Made by a program: the position numbers and the translations under genes. Under the pieces are notes generated by a model, which was not told where the DNA came from, ran no database searches, and saw only the letters and a program-made list of their open reading frames with translations. From Raillietiella orientalis (Eukaryota), in the NCBI GenBank assembly GCA_036172245.1, contig JAYWIR010000011.1:1798001-1862000 (forward strand): 64,000 nucleotides of DNA. The letters run 5' to 3'. Below are positions 48,501 through 61,519 of this stretch, in pieces. The first letter of the stretch is position 1. Each line of letters starts with the position of its first letter.

Positions 48501-49307
48501 GCAGCTTGTTTGTTTGTCTTCTAGGGTCCACTCAGTGGATCCTAGGGTGCCACCTAGAATGAAAATGTTTCGACCCAGGCAAGTCGCATTGCCACGTTTC
48601 GTGCCGAGTGAAAGCAAAAGTAGGATAGGATTTTGAAAGGTTTTCGAAAAGAAAACGGCTGCTCTCATCTAATCGACAAGGCACTTCGATTTCTTGCAAT
48701 ATGGGAAAAAATGGGGAAAGAAAGATAAAGACTGGTTCAGGAGCACCATGACCCTTTTCGCTTTTTGTGTTTTTTTTTTAATCCTGAGAAAAGAGAGAAA
48801 CTGCTCCCACATTCTCCTCATGCTTTTAAGGTCTCTTCCATAGACAGCCTGAGAATTGTAAATCTAAAAGAGTTTTAAACATCTGAAAGCATAGTGTCCA
48901 TCTCGCTTCGAAAGAGGAACGACAAACCTGGAGCTTTTTTTGGCGTTGCTGTTGTCAGGACTCCATGGCGAGTGTTTGTTTTCCATTATTCGTGCATGGA
49001 ATACTTTTTATTCAAACTACTGTACCTTAAAAGACATTGGTACTTTCATTACTCTGATTATCATCATCATCACCGCCCTTGTTGACATTCATTTCCCTTC
49101 CATCGCTTCAATTTGTGTTGTTTCCCATTCCCTTTCATTTAGATCTTTCAAGCTGCTGGGATGGAAATCCGAGATCGGAAGGTGGAATCCCTTTTGGTTT
49201 TTTTCGATTCTTTTGTTTTCCTTCCAGATTCTTTTGGGGGGGGGGAAGGGGAGGGGAGAAGGGGTGTTTTTTTTTTTTTTGGTGCGCTAAGGACTTGAAA
49301 ACCGTTC

Positions 49308-50262
49308 CCCTAGGGGTTCACGAAGCTCTTCAGCACTGCCCATGCCACCTGAGGGTGCATGTGGGAGATACTCCGGGAGGGGACCACCCTATGATTCCAG
49401 GAAGGACTCCGGAGGGAAGAGTCCGTTCCTTTCACGCTTGGGAGGGACCCCTGAAGGGAACCTTCTCTTCCTTATTCTCCCCGAAGGGACCCCCACAGGG
49501 GGCGGGATCACTCTTTATTTTCTTCTCCGAAGAGAACCCGGAAAGGATCCGCGCTTCTGGGATTTCTTCTCCAGAGGGAACCCGTCAAGGGAACTGCTCC
49601 TTGTTTCCTCCTCCTCTGAAAGGAGCTCCGAAATTTCCCCGATGGGAGCAGCGCCCTTCTCGACACTCTGGAGAGGCGACCCCCCGAGGGGGGTGTCAAC
49701 AAGCTCCATGATGCGCGATGGAGGTCCCCCCCGAGGGGGGAGGGATGATTCCATTCTCACAACTTGAGAGGAATTCCGAGGCTCCTTGATTCCTGGAAGG
49801 ACCCCTGAGGGACGATTTCCGATCCCGAGCAGTCAGCGGGGCTTCCGGCTTCCACCAGTGCCGAACCCCCCCTCCCCCATTTTTTGACTGCGTTTTTTGT
49901 TTTGTTTTTTTCTTTTTGTTTGACTCCCCTTCCCCTGTGCTGCCAAGGCGAACCCTGCTGGTCTGCGTGCCAGATCCCGACAGGTTTCTTTTGGTATCCA
50001 TAAGTAACGTAGCAGGATCAAACGTTCTGCCACAGACATGTAGGTTTAGAAATAAATGTTCTAGAGTGACCGGGTGTCAACCAGTGCCGTGCCCGAAGCC
50101 CGTGAGCCAACCAGCATCATCCTGTAGGGGGAGAGGGGGGGGACTCGAAACCCACGAGACGCATTCTCCCATTCTTCGGCGTCGACCCTCCCCCGGTTGC
50201 GATTCGAACCCAGAACGCCTGGTACCACGGTCTCGGAGACCGTGGCCACACGGTCGTTAACG
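49308..50262 (-). mobile_element. tRNA-derived SINE, copy 6 (carries a ~190-bp insertion)
   Basis: Family tail at 49308-49355, hairpin units at 49440-49740, B-box GGGTTCGAATCGC near 50200, and unrelated sequence at ~49880-50065. Confidence 0.8.
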
Positions 50263-53200
50263 GGGATTTGGAACTTCGGAGGAATAAAAGAAAAAAAAAC
50301 AAAAATGAGAGGTCACACAATAGGGGCAAGCGTTCTGAAAAAGAGCAGGGATGTGACAGAACATTCTGAATCCAATGCGGCACCCGTCTCGCGTGGTGTT
50401 CCAATAATTCGCGAGGAAAGAACAGAATTAGGTGCACCCTGGTACAGAAGAAAAAGAGGGGAGTGTCAGAGCGATGATCGAGGAAGTGCAGCATTCATGT
50501 GGCTTTTTGTTTTGTTTTTTGTTCCGCGAAGATTCTTTCAGACACTTTTTGTTTTTTTTGATTTTTCTGTAGAATGTGATGCAACAAGGACTGGAGAATT
50601 CCTTTTATTGATTGGCCAGTAGGTGAATTTGAAGTCATCGAGCGAGAGACAGTGCCTCGCGACACTCAAGAGTGGTAGGAAAACTTAAGGTGGCCGCTCC
50701 CGAGCGCCGACCGACAAAAAGAAGGATGTCCCGTTGTTGTTTGTGACATCCGAAGGGTAACACAAGGCGCATACCGATCATTTCATCAGCACTGTGCTCA
50801 ACGGAATCGATTTCGAAGATGAGAAGCTAGAGTAAGGGTCATCAGAGAGCTGCAGCCTTGGGGTCCTCAAAATCCCTCGAATAGCAGCTGCAGAACCGTA
50901 GAGATCATCGGATTTTCGAACTGGCGTCCCTTCTAAGAGCTGCTTAAAACTGACCATATCCACATTTAGACATGGTGTCTGTCCCCTTTCATTCGGGAGA
51001 AGAACAAATCACCTGCAATTCTTTCCACTGCTTTGAATTTCTAATGAACCTTCGTGTTTTCCTCTTCTTTGTATGAACATAGAGCTTTTACTAACTCGCA
51101 GAAGAGTGCACTCTGCCTCTCCGGTCTCTTCTAGCGGGAGATTCATCCATGAACCTCAGCGAATAATTACGAAAAAACGTAAAATGCAGTTGTAGGTATA
51201 CAAGCAAGGAGCATTTGTGCGAGCTGAAGAGCATACACAGCATGCTGAGGCAGGTATGGGACGAGCTGTCGACGGTCACCATTTTGACCCTCGAAAGGCC
51301 ACACGGATGATATCGGGTGATTCCTTCGGAATCTGCGTGTTCCCTCGGATGCTGATCCAAACCTTCCTCCAGCGCTCTTGCAGAAAGCCACCGAAGTTCG
51401 TCGAGAAAGCATTTTCATTCACGCCCGTCCGAGAACGACTTCCTTTCGCGAGAACCCCAGTCATCACCTCGTCGGAATCTTCCCCACTTTTCAAGAGGCT
51501 CTCTGGACAATTTTCCCGCCGCCCTGCGTATCTTTGAGATCTGGGTGGATCGCTCAAGAGATTCCTAGTTCACGGCTCCCCCGCTTTCCCCACCAGTCCT
51601 CTGTTCCGCGCTCGTTCAGATTTTTCCGGTTCCTCTCCTTGGTGCCTTGGCCAAAGGCTGGCAACTCAGAAGAGAGGGTCGTGTCCTTCTACAGGCGCCC
51701 TCCCGGCAGCGGTCAGAAGCATAGAAACGTTCCTCGAATAATCCTCAAGTTGTGCCTTTTCCCCTTCCGCTGCGATGTCCGGATGTTGCTCCTTCCTTTC
51801 CCGTGTTTTGGAGGAAGAGTCCCACTTGTCTCTTACGGCAGAGGCAAGCATAGAAGGCACAGAAAGGGACGAAATCCAGGTTGCCGACCGGACGGTTTCC
51901 ATGGCGTCGAGAGAACGAATGTCGGCTCTTGGTTTCCACGGGTCCTCTTTCGTAATTCACGACCGGAGGGGCTCAGATCTGACGGAAAGTTGATCAGAAG
52001 TTTCTGTCCTTCAGCATCTTTCGAATCTTTGCGCATCCGGTCCGAGGGCAAAGCATAGACTGAAGCGCTTTGCGCTCGACTCCGTTCCCCTCTGCCGGAC
52101 AGTCTTGCAAGCGGAGGCCAGCATGCTGCTGCATTTCCTCCAATGGTACTAGCAGAAGATAAATTTCTCTTCGGAAACCCCTTCCTCCGCCTACTGAATT
52201 CTCGGGAGAAGCGCGCAGAGGGGTGAGGTCTTCGAAGAGCTGTCAGTACCCCGTTTAACCGACTTCTCGCAGCCCCATCGCGAAAGATTTTCCGCTTAAT
52301 TTCTTAAAGCCCAGATGCTCTGCTGAGAAAACTGCTGGCTTACTCGTGCAAGAAACACAGTGCACGAACAGTTGGTGGAAGGGTCCTGCGGAAAATAAAC
52401 ATCCTCGTGCTCCATAGATGGCATGAAATATTTTGCATGATGCATTTTCTCTTCCCCGCTCAGCACAGCCCTTAAGGGAGACGAAGGAAATGGACGTCCT
52501 CTTGAACAAAAAGCCTTGCGCCATGGAGTGCCCTGCAATGGGATTTTTTCTTCGGTTCAGGGAACCAAGCAAAGGAAGCATTGCTCGGAAAAAATCGAAC
52601 GATGCGAGATGCTTGTGGATCAGGAGGCTCAGAAGAAAAGTTCTGCCCTCTCGACACGAGAGAGGCAGGGCGTCAGAGGCATCATTTGGATGGTATTCCC
52701 TTCCAGAATCCGTGATAGTGATCTCTGATTTCTTGATGATAGTGATCGAGGCAGATTTGGGGCAAGGACATCCCTATTAGAAACAAGAAAAGCTACATCT
52801 CCGATCGGGATGCCCATATTTTCTTGTACAGCAGATCACTGAGGGCGACAATCCAGTGCACGCGGAATTTTTCTCTTTTCGTCTCTTGACGGTGATGGGA
52901 CCACGTTATCTGTCCTTCCTGGAGTGGTTGCATCTAACAGTTCAGGCATCGTGATATCATCGCATCACTTATCAACTCTAGAGTCTCTGTGGCTTTCGCT
53001 CTTCCTATCGCAGTTTCAGTTGCAGTAGCAAATTGTGATCATTCGATTTTCTCTCTCTCTCTTCTGCACGCGTATGTGCACTTGTGTGCCCCAAAATACA
53101 TATGCACACGGGATGGGAAAAAATCTCCTACTATCATCCGATGTGGTTGTCACTCAACACACTGTCCATCATCATCGCTTCCCAGCAACTGTTCTTCGTT

Positions 53201-54644
53201 GTAATTATTCTCGTAGCCTTGTGGTACAGTGCCTGGATTGATGCACGCGTCATCGGATTCCCTGTGCCAAAAGAGAACCAACTACCCTTTGGCTTTCTGT
53301 GAACGGAGATTGCATACTGCGAGTTCGTCGGTTCTTTGAAACTTTCAAAGCCCTGTGGGGATTCCGACGTTCCACCTGCTGCTTGAGGAAAGCTGCTCTG
53401 GAAAAACGCGAACGCTGTCCCTAGCAGGAATCTTGTGCATTTCTGGTCGCCTCCTCGGTTCTCCGGTACCTTAAGCATGACTCTGGACAATTTCTTTAGC
53501 CATGTGGATCCTTTCCCGTTCCAGGAGACTAATAGGCGACAGACACAGTGCGTTCAGAGCACGGAGGAGGGATTGCAACATATCAAGAATGATTTGGTTC
53601 TGCAACCAAATCATTCTTGATGCCTTTGCATTCTCCTTCTCATCAAATTTGTGGCCCTGGGAGCTGCAGTGAGATCAACTGTGGGTAGCATGATCTCAAC
53701 AACATGATTGCATCTCTTTTCATCCGAACAGTGCTGCAACGACCTGAAGGAATGAAATCCCTTCAAAAATGCTCCGCTGAATCCAACACGCGATTACATA
53801 TTACCATGAAACAAGTTTTCCTTTTTTTTTCTTCCGGGAAGGCAGACGGTTCTCCAATTAACGCCTGACGCAATCAGTCAAGGCGGATTCCATGTCTCAT
53901 CAAATATGAAAGCTTCTTCCAAAGGGTCTGCCCCACCTCGTGGTCAATTTAAGCAATGCTTTTTAAATCGAATATTATAATAGAGTACCATTTCTCGTCT
54001 CCTGACCAAAAGCTTATCCAGCACGTCTTGCTGTTGACATTCTCCGCATAAAGGCCACTTGCTAATCTACAGGCGGCATTGCAGATGCCCAGCCAAAAAA
54101 AATTCCATGAGCTTTCTCAAGTGTCCCGCTTGAAAAAAACGTAGTCAGAGGCATTGGATTCGCACTTCCATTTTCCTCAAACGTTTCATTGTTAACTTGG
54201 CAGCCCTGCTTTCGCTTTCGGACATATGCAACATGTGAGGCCGAAATGAGGATAATCCATGCTCTGCCCCATTGGAAGGAAGGGCAACTTTCTGGGCTGA
54301 GTGCGAGATGCAAAGATATGCACATGCAATGCACCAGGGAAGTCAGAGGAATAAGCCGCTAACTGTGCTATCCACGTACTATCTGTGTCTTCTCGTTCCA
54401 GGGATTCCTTCTGCTGAAATCAGCATGCCTTACATCCACTTGCATTGCTTCGTGCTTGATGGGATGGAAGTGGACCACAATTTACCTGTGGGAAATAAGT
54501 TTCCCCTTAATGAACAGCATACATTGGCAACCGAGCATGCATGAAAAGTTCTTCGAGCCCACCGATGGTTTCGTACAAACATGAAATCCTCAAGGTGAAG
54601 GGAACGATACATACTCATTTCTTATTATAATACATATAATGAAC

Positions 54645-54692
54645 TTTCAAAGCTCGTCACAGGAATTCCGATTCCTGTGACGAGCTTTGAAA
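54645..54692. repeat. Perfect 22-bp inverted repeat with 4-nt loop
   Basis: TTTCAAAGCTCGTCACAGGAAT-tccg-ATTCCTGTGACGAGCTTTGAAA. Confidence 0.97.
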
Positions 54693-57600
54693 TCAAACTT
54701 TCGTTTCCCTTTTATTAATTTTCCCTCTTTTTCTATGAATGAGGGAATTAAGCACTAAAAAAAAAAAAAAGCATAATTTTCTTGTTTCTTTTTTCATAAA
54801 AGAAAGCTGTCTTTCTGATAGAAGGCATTGCATCCATCCATGCATTCACACCTGGCTGTACTGGGAAATAGAAAATCACCAAAAGTTTGGGAAACTGCGG
54901 ATCTGGAGCCAGCAAAAGCGCATTTCTTCGGCGCATCGGAACGCAAAAATTTGAAAATAATCATCCAAACAGGATAGGACTGCAAAGCTCCGCACATGTA
55001 GAAGAAATGCATCTTGCATAAAAGAAGGCATTAAATAAAGGAAGGCGTACTTCCATTCTTTTGCGCGAGCCAAATGTTCACACACGTCATGAGGAAACCA
55101 TTAACCGGAGCGGTGATGAGCCGATGGAAGAATATCTTGCGATGACCACGGGAAGTGTGCGCTTCGGGGTGCGGGGCTCCTTCTCAAGCAGACTTCCCGC
55201 TCTGCCGAGAAGCTGAGCCAAACTCGGTATAAGGACAGGGCATCGAATCCTGTTTACGTGGGGTAACACGACCCACCTCCCACGAAAACCTATGCAGTGT
55301 CGCGTAATGATAAGCGATTCCATAACACGATCCTACACAGCCGGTATAAATCAAAGACATCAGAGGAGCAATGCTTGCCCTTCACGAGCTCATCATTATC
55401 TTCAGGATCCAGCACGATGCCATAAGTGATCTGAGAGTGCATCGGGCTCCTGTGTTTGAAGCCATTGCTTGGGCACTTCCGCAAAGCATCGAAAAAATGC
55501 ACCCAAATGGCAGTCGAGCTCAACCTCATTCCCGAGGGCCTATCGAGACCTTAGTTAGGCGTGTTGTTCATCAGCCGTTGTTCTCTTCAGCCCCCTATTT
55601 TGCATAAGAGGGCGCAGCAGTCCTCCACCTGTTTCTGGAAGTGTACTCGAAAAGTGTAAACAAAGAAGATATTCGTGGAAGAGGAAAGAAGACTTTCCAA
55701 TAGGGTTCCGATTGCGCTCCGGCGCAGCGGGCGTACAGACTGAAATGTTCCACCAAGCGATCCTTCCATCCTTGTTCTTCGCCGCTAGGGAACGCATCCA
55801 CAGGACTTCATTTGTTTTTTTTCCTCCTCCCTCTCCCTCTCTCATCGATATCCCAAGAAGATCATCGGAGCGTCCAGGCTTGCTATGCCTAAGATGTCTT
55901 ATTACTTATTGCTTTGTGTCTTTTTGTGTGTGCGCGCGTCTTCTGTTTGGGTATTTTTGAGAGCAGCGATCATCTTCTCGCGAAGATTCACGACCATGAT
56001 CGAAACTTGGGTGTCCTAGAGGCTTGTGCAAGCAGGAAGCAGGTAGATGAATAGGTGACGGTTCTTTAAACAGCGGATTAACCAGACCCACAGAGAGTTT
56101 GCTCGTTTTGTCCCGAGCTCTTTCAGAAGAGTATCCTCTCGCATCAACTCTGCAGCGAACATCCTGCCGTTTCCCCTCTTTGCAAGCCTCCTTGTAGCTC
56201 ATTCATTGAAACGATCTGCTGCGCCAGCGGAAACCCTTGCTTGTCCGTCCCACTCAAACTGAGACCGGAGGAGGTCTTGGTTCGAGTTAGTCTTTTCGAG
56301 AAGAGGACTGTCGGATGTAGAATCTGCATGCGTCCGGAACGACATTTTGAACATCTCCATCCAAGTAGAAAACTTTCGCTTGAAGAATAAGCAGGCTGTT
56401 GAATGGAAAAGAAAAAAAAAAAACATGATTGCAGATGTGGAAGATAAGATGCACCAATTAAGTTCAAAGAGATCTTCCTTTTCCTTTTCGCCATGGGAGG
56501 TGCTCTCACGATCATTGGACTGAGATAACCAGAAATTGCAGAGAAGCTCCACCGACTACCAGAAACGCAAAACGGGGAATCCAGCAACACGGTCTACGCT
56601 TTTCCCGATCTTTTCGCGCAAGATCTCTTCCCACAACAAGCGATCCTCCGTGACGCGGGGTCCTCTCCGATTAGAAAGGCAGCAACAGCACCTTTTTTGT
56701 CTAGGAAGTCCCTCTCGAGAGGTCTTAAGGACTTCGGGAAAACGGTTAATCAGAGGGGACATCACAGCAGAAGCGCCGAAGGTGGAAAGGAGGAAAGAAA
56801 TTGTCTTGGAAACGAGGCTTGGAAGAGTGTTAAAAGTGTTGGGCACGGTTCGGAATGAGTGTTTGACAAAAAAAGTGGTACGAAGTAAAGCATCTCCATG
56901 AGCTGGACTCTTCTCCAATCCACCCATTCAAAAAATTGCCTGCAGCAAGGAGACGGCGGTGGCTTCTCCTCGAAACGAATGGCGGAGTTTTCCTCGGAAT
57001 TTTGCAACAAGGGAGGCTGTTCGGAGCAGGAGAAGGCAGACAACTCCCACGGAAGGAAAGAGCTTATGGAACGTGGCACTAAGAGAACACGGAAATGGAA
57101 GAATCACAAGCCGACGAGCGTGAAGACAAACTTGTGGAGGAGACACGGAATTGCAGAGGTGCAGTGCAACTGGAAGCTTTCCGGGGATTTCCGAAAGGGG
57201 AGCAAAACGGAGAAGTCACGGAAGCGACTGTTGCCGTTAAAGAAGGAGTCCTGAGAACGCGCGTGCAAGGCTTCCGCTGGGAGCTTGGAAGTGAAGCAAT
57301 CTGAAATGTACCATCATCCCTCGCGCTCGCAAGCTCACCGGAAGGAGGTTGCCCTGGTGATGGATCGAAAGCAATCGAAGGTGCTGCCTTGCGGATCGAA
57401 TTCAACCAGGTCTTTCAGGAGGGCACAGAAGTGGACGAAGGCAGCTGAGCCATCCTTGCATGCATGCGACGTCAATGCCGAGATCACGGAGATGATTTGC
57501 AAGGTGCCCCCCGTTGGCTTGGCATCCATTCAGCCAATAACGTGAACTCGATAGCCATCCAGCAAATGCGGATCACCCGTTGATTATCCCGCCACGTGGC

Positions 57601-58017
57601 ACTGGATAGTGAGCGATGGAGGCATCTGAGGTCTCAGGGAAGGAACTAATCAGATTCGAAGATGACTCAGTCACAAAGCGCATTCCAGAGCGTCTTTCGG
57701 AGGTGTTCCCCTCTGACTCGATTGACAGAAGAATGGAACCAGCACAGTGGCTCCTGTAGTATAGCAGTATAAAGTCATCCGTCACCTAGAAGGAAGAGGA
57801 GAAGGAAGGCTTAACTTCCAAGGTGCGGTTTGCATCGCGGTCAAGCTTGGAAAACTTCTGGTTCCATGCAATGTCTCATGCATGCGTCAAAGCACCCGTG
57901 CCACCGTGAAACGGTGAGGATGAGAAGAACCCGTCAGAAGCATTCAGAAATAATGGTGGAATGTATTCCAAGGACAGGATAGAGGAACTTGAAAGGGAAT
58001 TGCCCTTTTTCAAATTG

Positions 58018-58616
58018 CCCGTGTTGGCGGACGTGTGGACTCGCGGTCTCCACGCGTGCCACCAAGCGTCGCGAGTTCGAATCCCCACACGGAGGGTTGA
58101 CGCCGAGATATGGATGCGTCGTGGGTTTCGAGCGCTCCCCCCTCCCTCATAGGATAGCGCACTGGCTGGCCTGTAGGTTTGGGGTGCAGCACCGGTGGAA
58201 GCCGGTGCTCACGTTGGCTGATCGGGATCCGAGGTCCTTCCAGGAATCTCGTACCATGGAGCTGGTGGGCTGATACCTCTCCAGAGTGTGAAGAAACGCG
58301 CTGCTCCTTTCAGGATTCTCTTCAGAGGTGGGAGAAACCAGGAACAGCTCCCTTGAGGGTTCCTCTCCGGTGAAAAAATCCCAAAAGGGGACTCTTTAGG
58401 AAAAAAACGAGGAGTAATCGCCTCAAGTGGGTCTCTCAGGAGAGAATAAGGGAGTGGTTTCCTTCAGGGTTCCCTACCAAGCGTGAGAGGAACGAATCCC
58501 TTCTGTCTTCATAAGGTGGTCTCCCCCGAATTGAAAATTGCTCCCCCTTTAACTTGAAGAGCTACTCGCACCCTCGGGTGGCGTGGGCAGCGTCAAAGAG
58601 CTTCGTGAGTCCCCCA
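58018..58616 (+). mobile_element. tRNA-derived SINE, copy 7
   Basis: Head CCCGTGTTGGCGGACGTGTGG...GAGTTCGAATCCCC and tail CCCTCGGGTGGCGTGGGCAGCGTCAAAGAGCTTCGTGAGTCCCC. Confidence 0.8.
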
Positions 58617-61141
58617 CCCTCCACCCAAGGAGATGAGAGGATCTTCAGTACCATTTGAAAACCAGGAAGAAGACCCCCTCAAAAGGAGTGGAACGAAAGC
58701 GGGGAGAGCACCCTCGAAGGAGGATGAGGTCCTCAAGAACTCCCGGAGGAACGCGGCAACCACGCTGGGCTTGGTACAGGGCCTCCTGGATTTCACGTGT
58801 CGCGGCAAAACGGACAAGCGGTCTCCATCGTGCGCGGGACACGAGGGAAGCCCCCTCCGGGGGCTCAGCTGAGCTTCGGGCTGACCATTTAGCTCTGATG
58901 AGCCTGGCACAGAAGAACGGCCAAGCTGCTCTCGGCTCGTTTTGTCAACGCGCGCGCGTGCCTGTTTCGCTGCCCCTTGCCGCAGTCGCTTCCCCCGCGA
59001 ACTCCCGCTTACCTCTTCCCCCCCCCTTCCCTACTTCTCGCTGTCTACGATAGAACTCCATCCTCCAATTCGAGTGAAACGCTCTAGGGAAAGGCCGCAC
59101 CGCTCGGTGGGGACCTGTTCGAGACGAAACGCTCCCGTGCACCTGGATCCCGAAAGCCCTCCTCGGGGGGAGGACACGACAGCAGCAACGAGAACGGGAC
59201 GGGAACGCACGGTGATGAGTTGTGGATCAGCTCCTGGTCTCCTCAACAGCCGCGATCCCGGGAGACGTGCCTTCTTCTTCCCTTGCGGCGTCGTTCTCTT
59301 AGCAGCCCAAATCGGTTCATTCGGCAACGCAGCACCGCGAAGGCACGTGATCCTCATCGCTCAGGCTTGCCAGTCCTCGTCAGCAAGGCTTCTGAGGAGA
59401 AATTTCTGCTTTTGTTTTTGTTTTCTTTTTTTCTTTTTCTTGTTCTTTCTTTTGTTTTGTTTTGTTTCGTGACAGCAAGGATGGTTTTTCCTTCTTCAGT
59501 CATTCCTTCCCTGCCTCGCTCTTTTCTTATTCCGCGTCAGATGCTTTTGCAAAGAAAGATCAAAGACGCCGTTCCTCTCTTGTGACGACGAAGGGCGGCG
59601 GCTAGCGGCCACTGGGACAGTGACTGATACCGATTACGCTGAGTTTGAGGTTCCCTCGACTGAATGCTTCCTGAGAGACGTGGTCTGGAATAGGCAAGCA
59701 GCTTTCGCGAAGCCTTCCAGAGCAAGCAGAATCCTCCGACGGCTCCAGAAGGCCTCGGATGACTTTAGGATCGTAGCAGGCGCCTCAACGGTCCCCGAGA
59801 CCAGAACACAACCGAAGCATTGAAGTCAGTCTTCGAGAAGGCACGCGACGGTGCTCATGGACGTGTAAGGTTGAAGGTATCTTCGTACCAGATGCGTAAG
59901 GCGGATTCATCTCTCAGAGAGGGGGCCGTGGGATCCACCAAAATTCCCGAATGGGGACGCTGCCGACGCCGGTATCGTGGGATCCTAAGGAGACTCGTGA
60001 AGGAGTAGCTATAGATGAACACGGATTAAAATTCACGTGACTCAACAACTTCCCCGAAAGGTGTTTCTTCTGGGCACGCTGCCGAAGACGCTACCAAACC
60101 CAGAACGTAACAGAAGGATGGATCCGTCCGTAGAGTAACGACAACAGATGATGCGCCACCGAAGCGGGATGAGGATGTCTGAAAGTACGTGACCACGAAC
60201 GCACGAATTCTTCAGAGGCCTTCACTCTCGGAAAGGGGCTGGGGAGGGGATGAGCGGCCAGTCCGACTTGCGTCGAGGGAGGGAGGGCGCGGCCACTCGA
60301 ATCCACTATGCATCCATCCATCCTCTTCGGTAGCCTGCAGGACCACGTGGTGACGACGAGGACGATGTGGTTCCACCATGCCCTGCCTCCTCGCTGCGGA
60401 GCCGCAGCGCCCGGATGCTTTCGCGACCCCAAGGTGACTGCTGAGGTACGGAACACGCTCTTCAGCCACCTTCCCCAACCCCCTCCAGAAGCGTCCAGTG
60501 TTGTTTCCGAAGCGGAACCGAGCTGAAAAGCGTGGCTGCGATGTCCCCCTCTAATGCAAAACTCGCTCCAGAGATCCCAAAACGGAGGAAAACCTGAAAG
60601 CTGACGAGTTCAACAAATGGCGCGAAACGTTCTGGCGCAGCGACTGCGCCAGAACGTTTGTCGGCTCCGAAGCACAGAAAACGAGGAAAGCAAACACTTG
60701 AGGCGCGCTGAAGAGATCGCTACGCCTAATGCACGACGCGACGTTGGAAACCTCTGACCTTGAAGATCATCTTGCATCCCTCGAACATCTCCAGGTCCTA
60801 TTGGACTCGAGCTTGAATAGTGTCTGGTGAATTTCATGCACGTCGTGATGTTCAGATGCACCGGCTGATTGGGAAGATTTGGAACTCGGAGGGTGTGTGT
60901 GTGTCCTTCTTATTACAAGTTCGGTGTGGTACTTTCGTTTGACCAAGGATGCCTTTTCGTTAGAGATCCCGTAGCCGCTTCCCATCCCAGACATCATTCG
61001 TCCTTCCTTACTGATCGAGCGGTAAAAGAATCCCCTTGAAAATTTGCAGCTACCGGGAGAAATTAACACTTGGGTGTATTTAGGCTTCATAAATTGAAAG
61101 GATCCAACGACATGGAAGCAGGTGCTCGTCTGATGCATATA

Positions 61142-61474
61142 CAGCGGCACCTCGGCACTCGTCGGCAATTCGTTCCGGAGCTCGTGACGAGTGCCGAAGC
61201 CGACGAGTACCGAACGAGTTCTTTTCTGGGCTTCGCGGTATCATTTCGAACCATTTTAGGACCGCTTAAAACGCCCAGAAAGCATCGAAAGAAAGGAACG
61301 ATTCGGGAGACACGCTCTTCGGCACTGTTCGCGAGCCACCACGAGACTGAAGCGTTCAGTTGTTTCATCTGAGCATGCGCCGAGTGTCGAAACATTTTTT
61401 TTTTTTCCTCTTCAAAGTGCGACGAGTACCGTGTTCGACGGGTTCCGACACCGGCGAGTACAGAGGCGCCACTG
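61142..61474. mobile_element. Tigger/pogo-type MITE, copy 2
   Basis: TA|CAGCGGCACCTCGGCACTCG ... CGAGTACAGAGGCGCCACTG|TA, with an intact TA target-site duplication. Homologous to 14592-14956. Confidence 0.9.
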
Positions 61475-61519
61475 TATGTGTACACAACATACGATATTAA
61501 ACGGGATGTTCTAAATGAG

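Noticed and set aside
59590..60010. Possible hAT transposase relic
   Set aside because: Only a vague resemblance, with no diagnostic motif or TIR.
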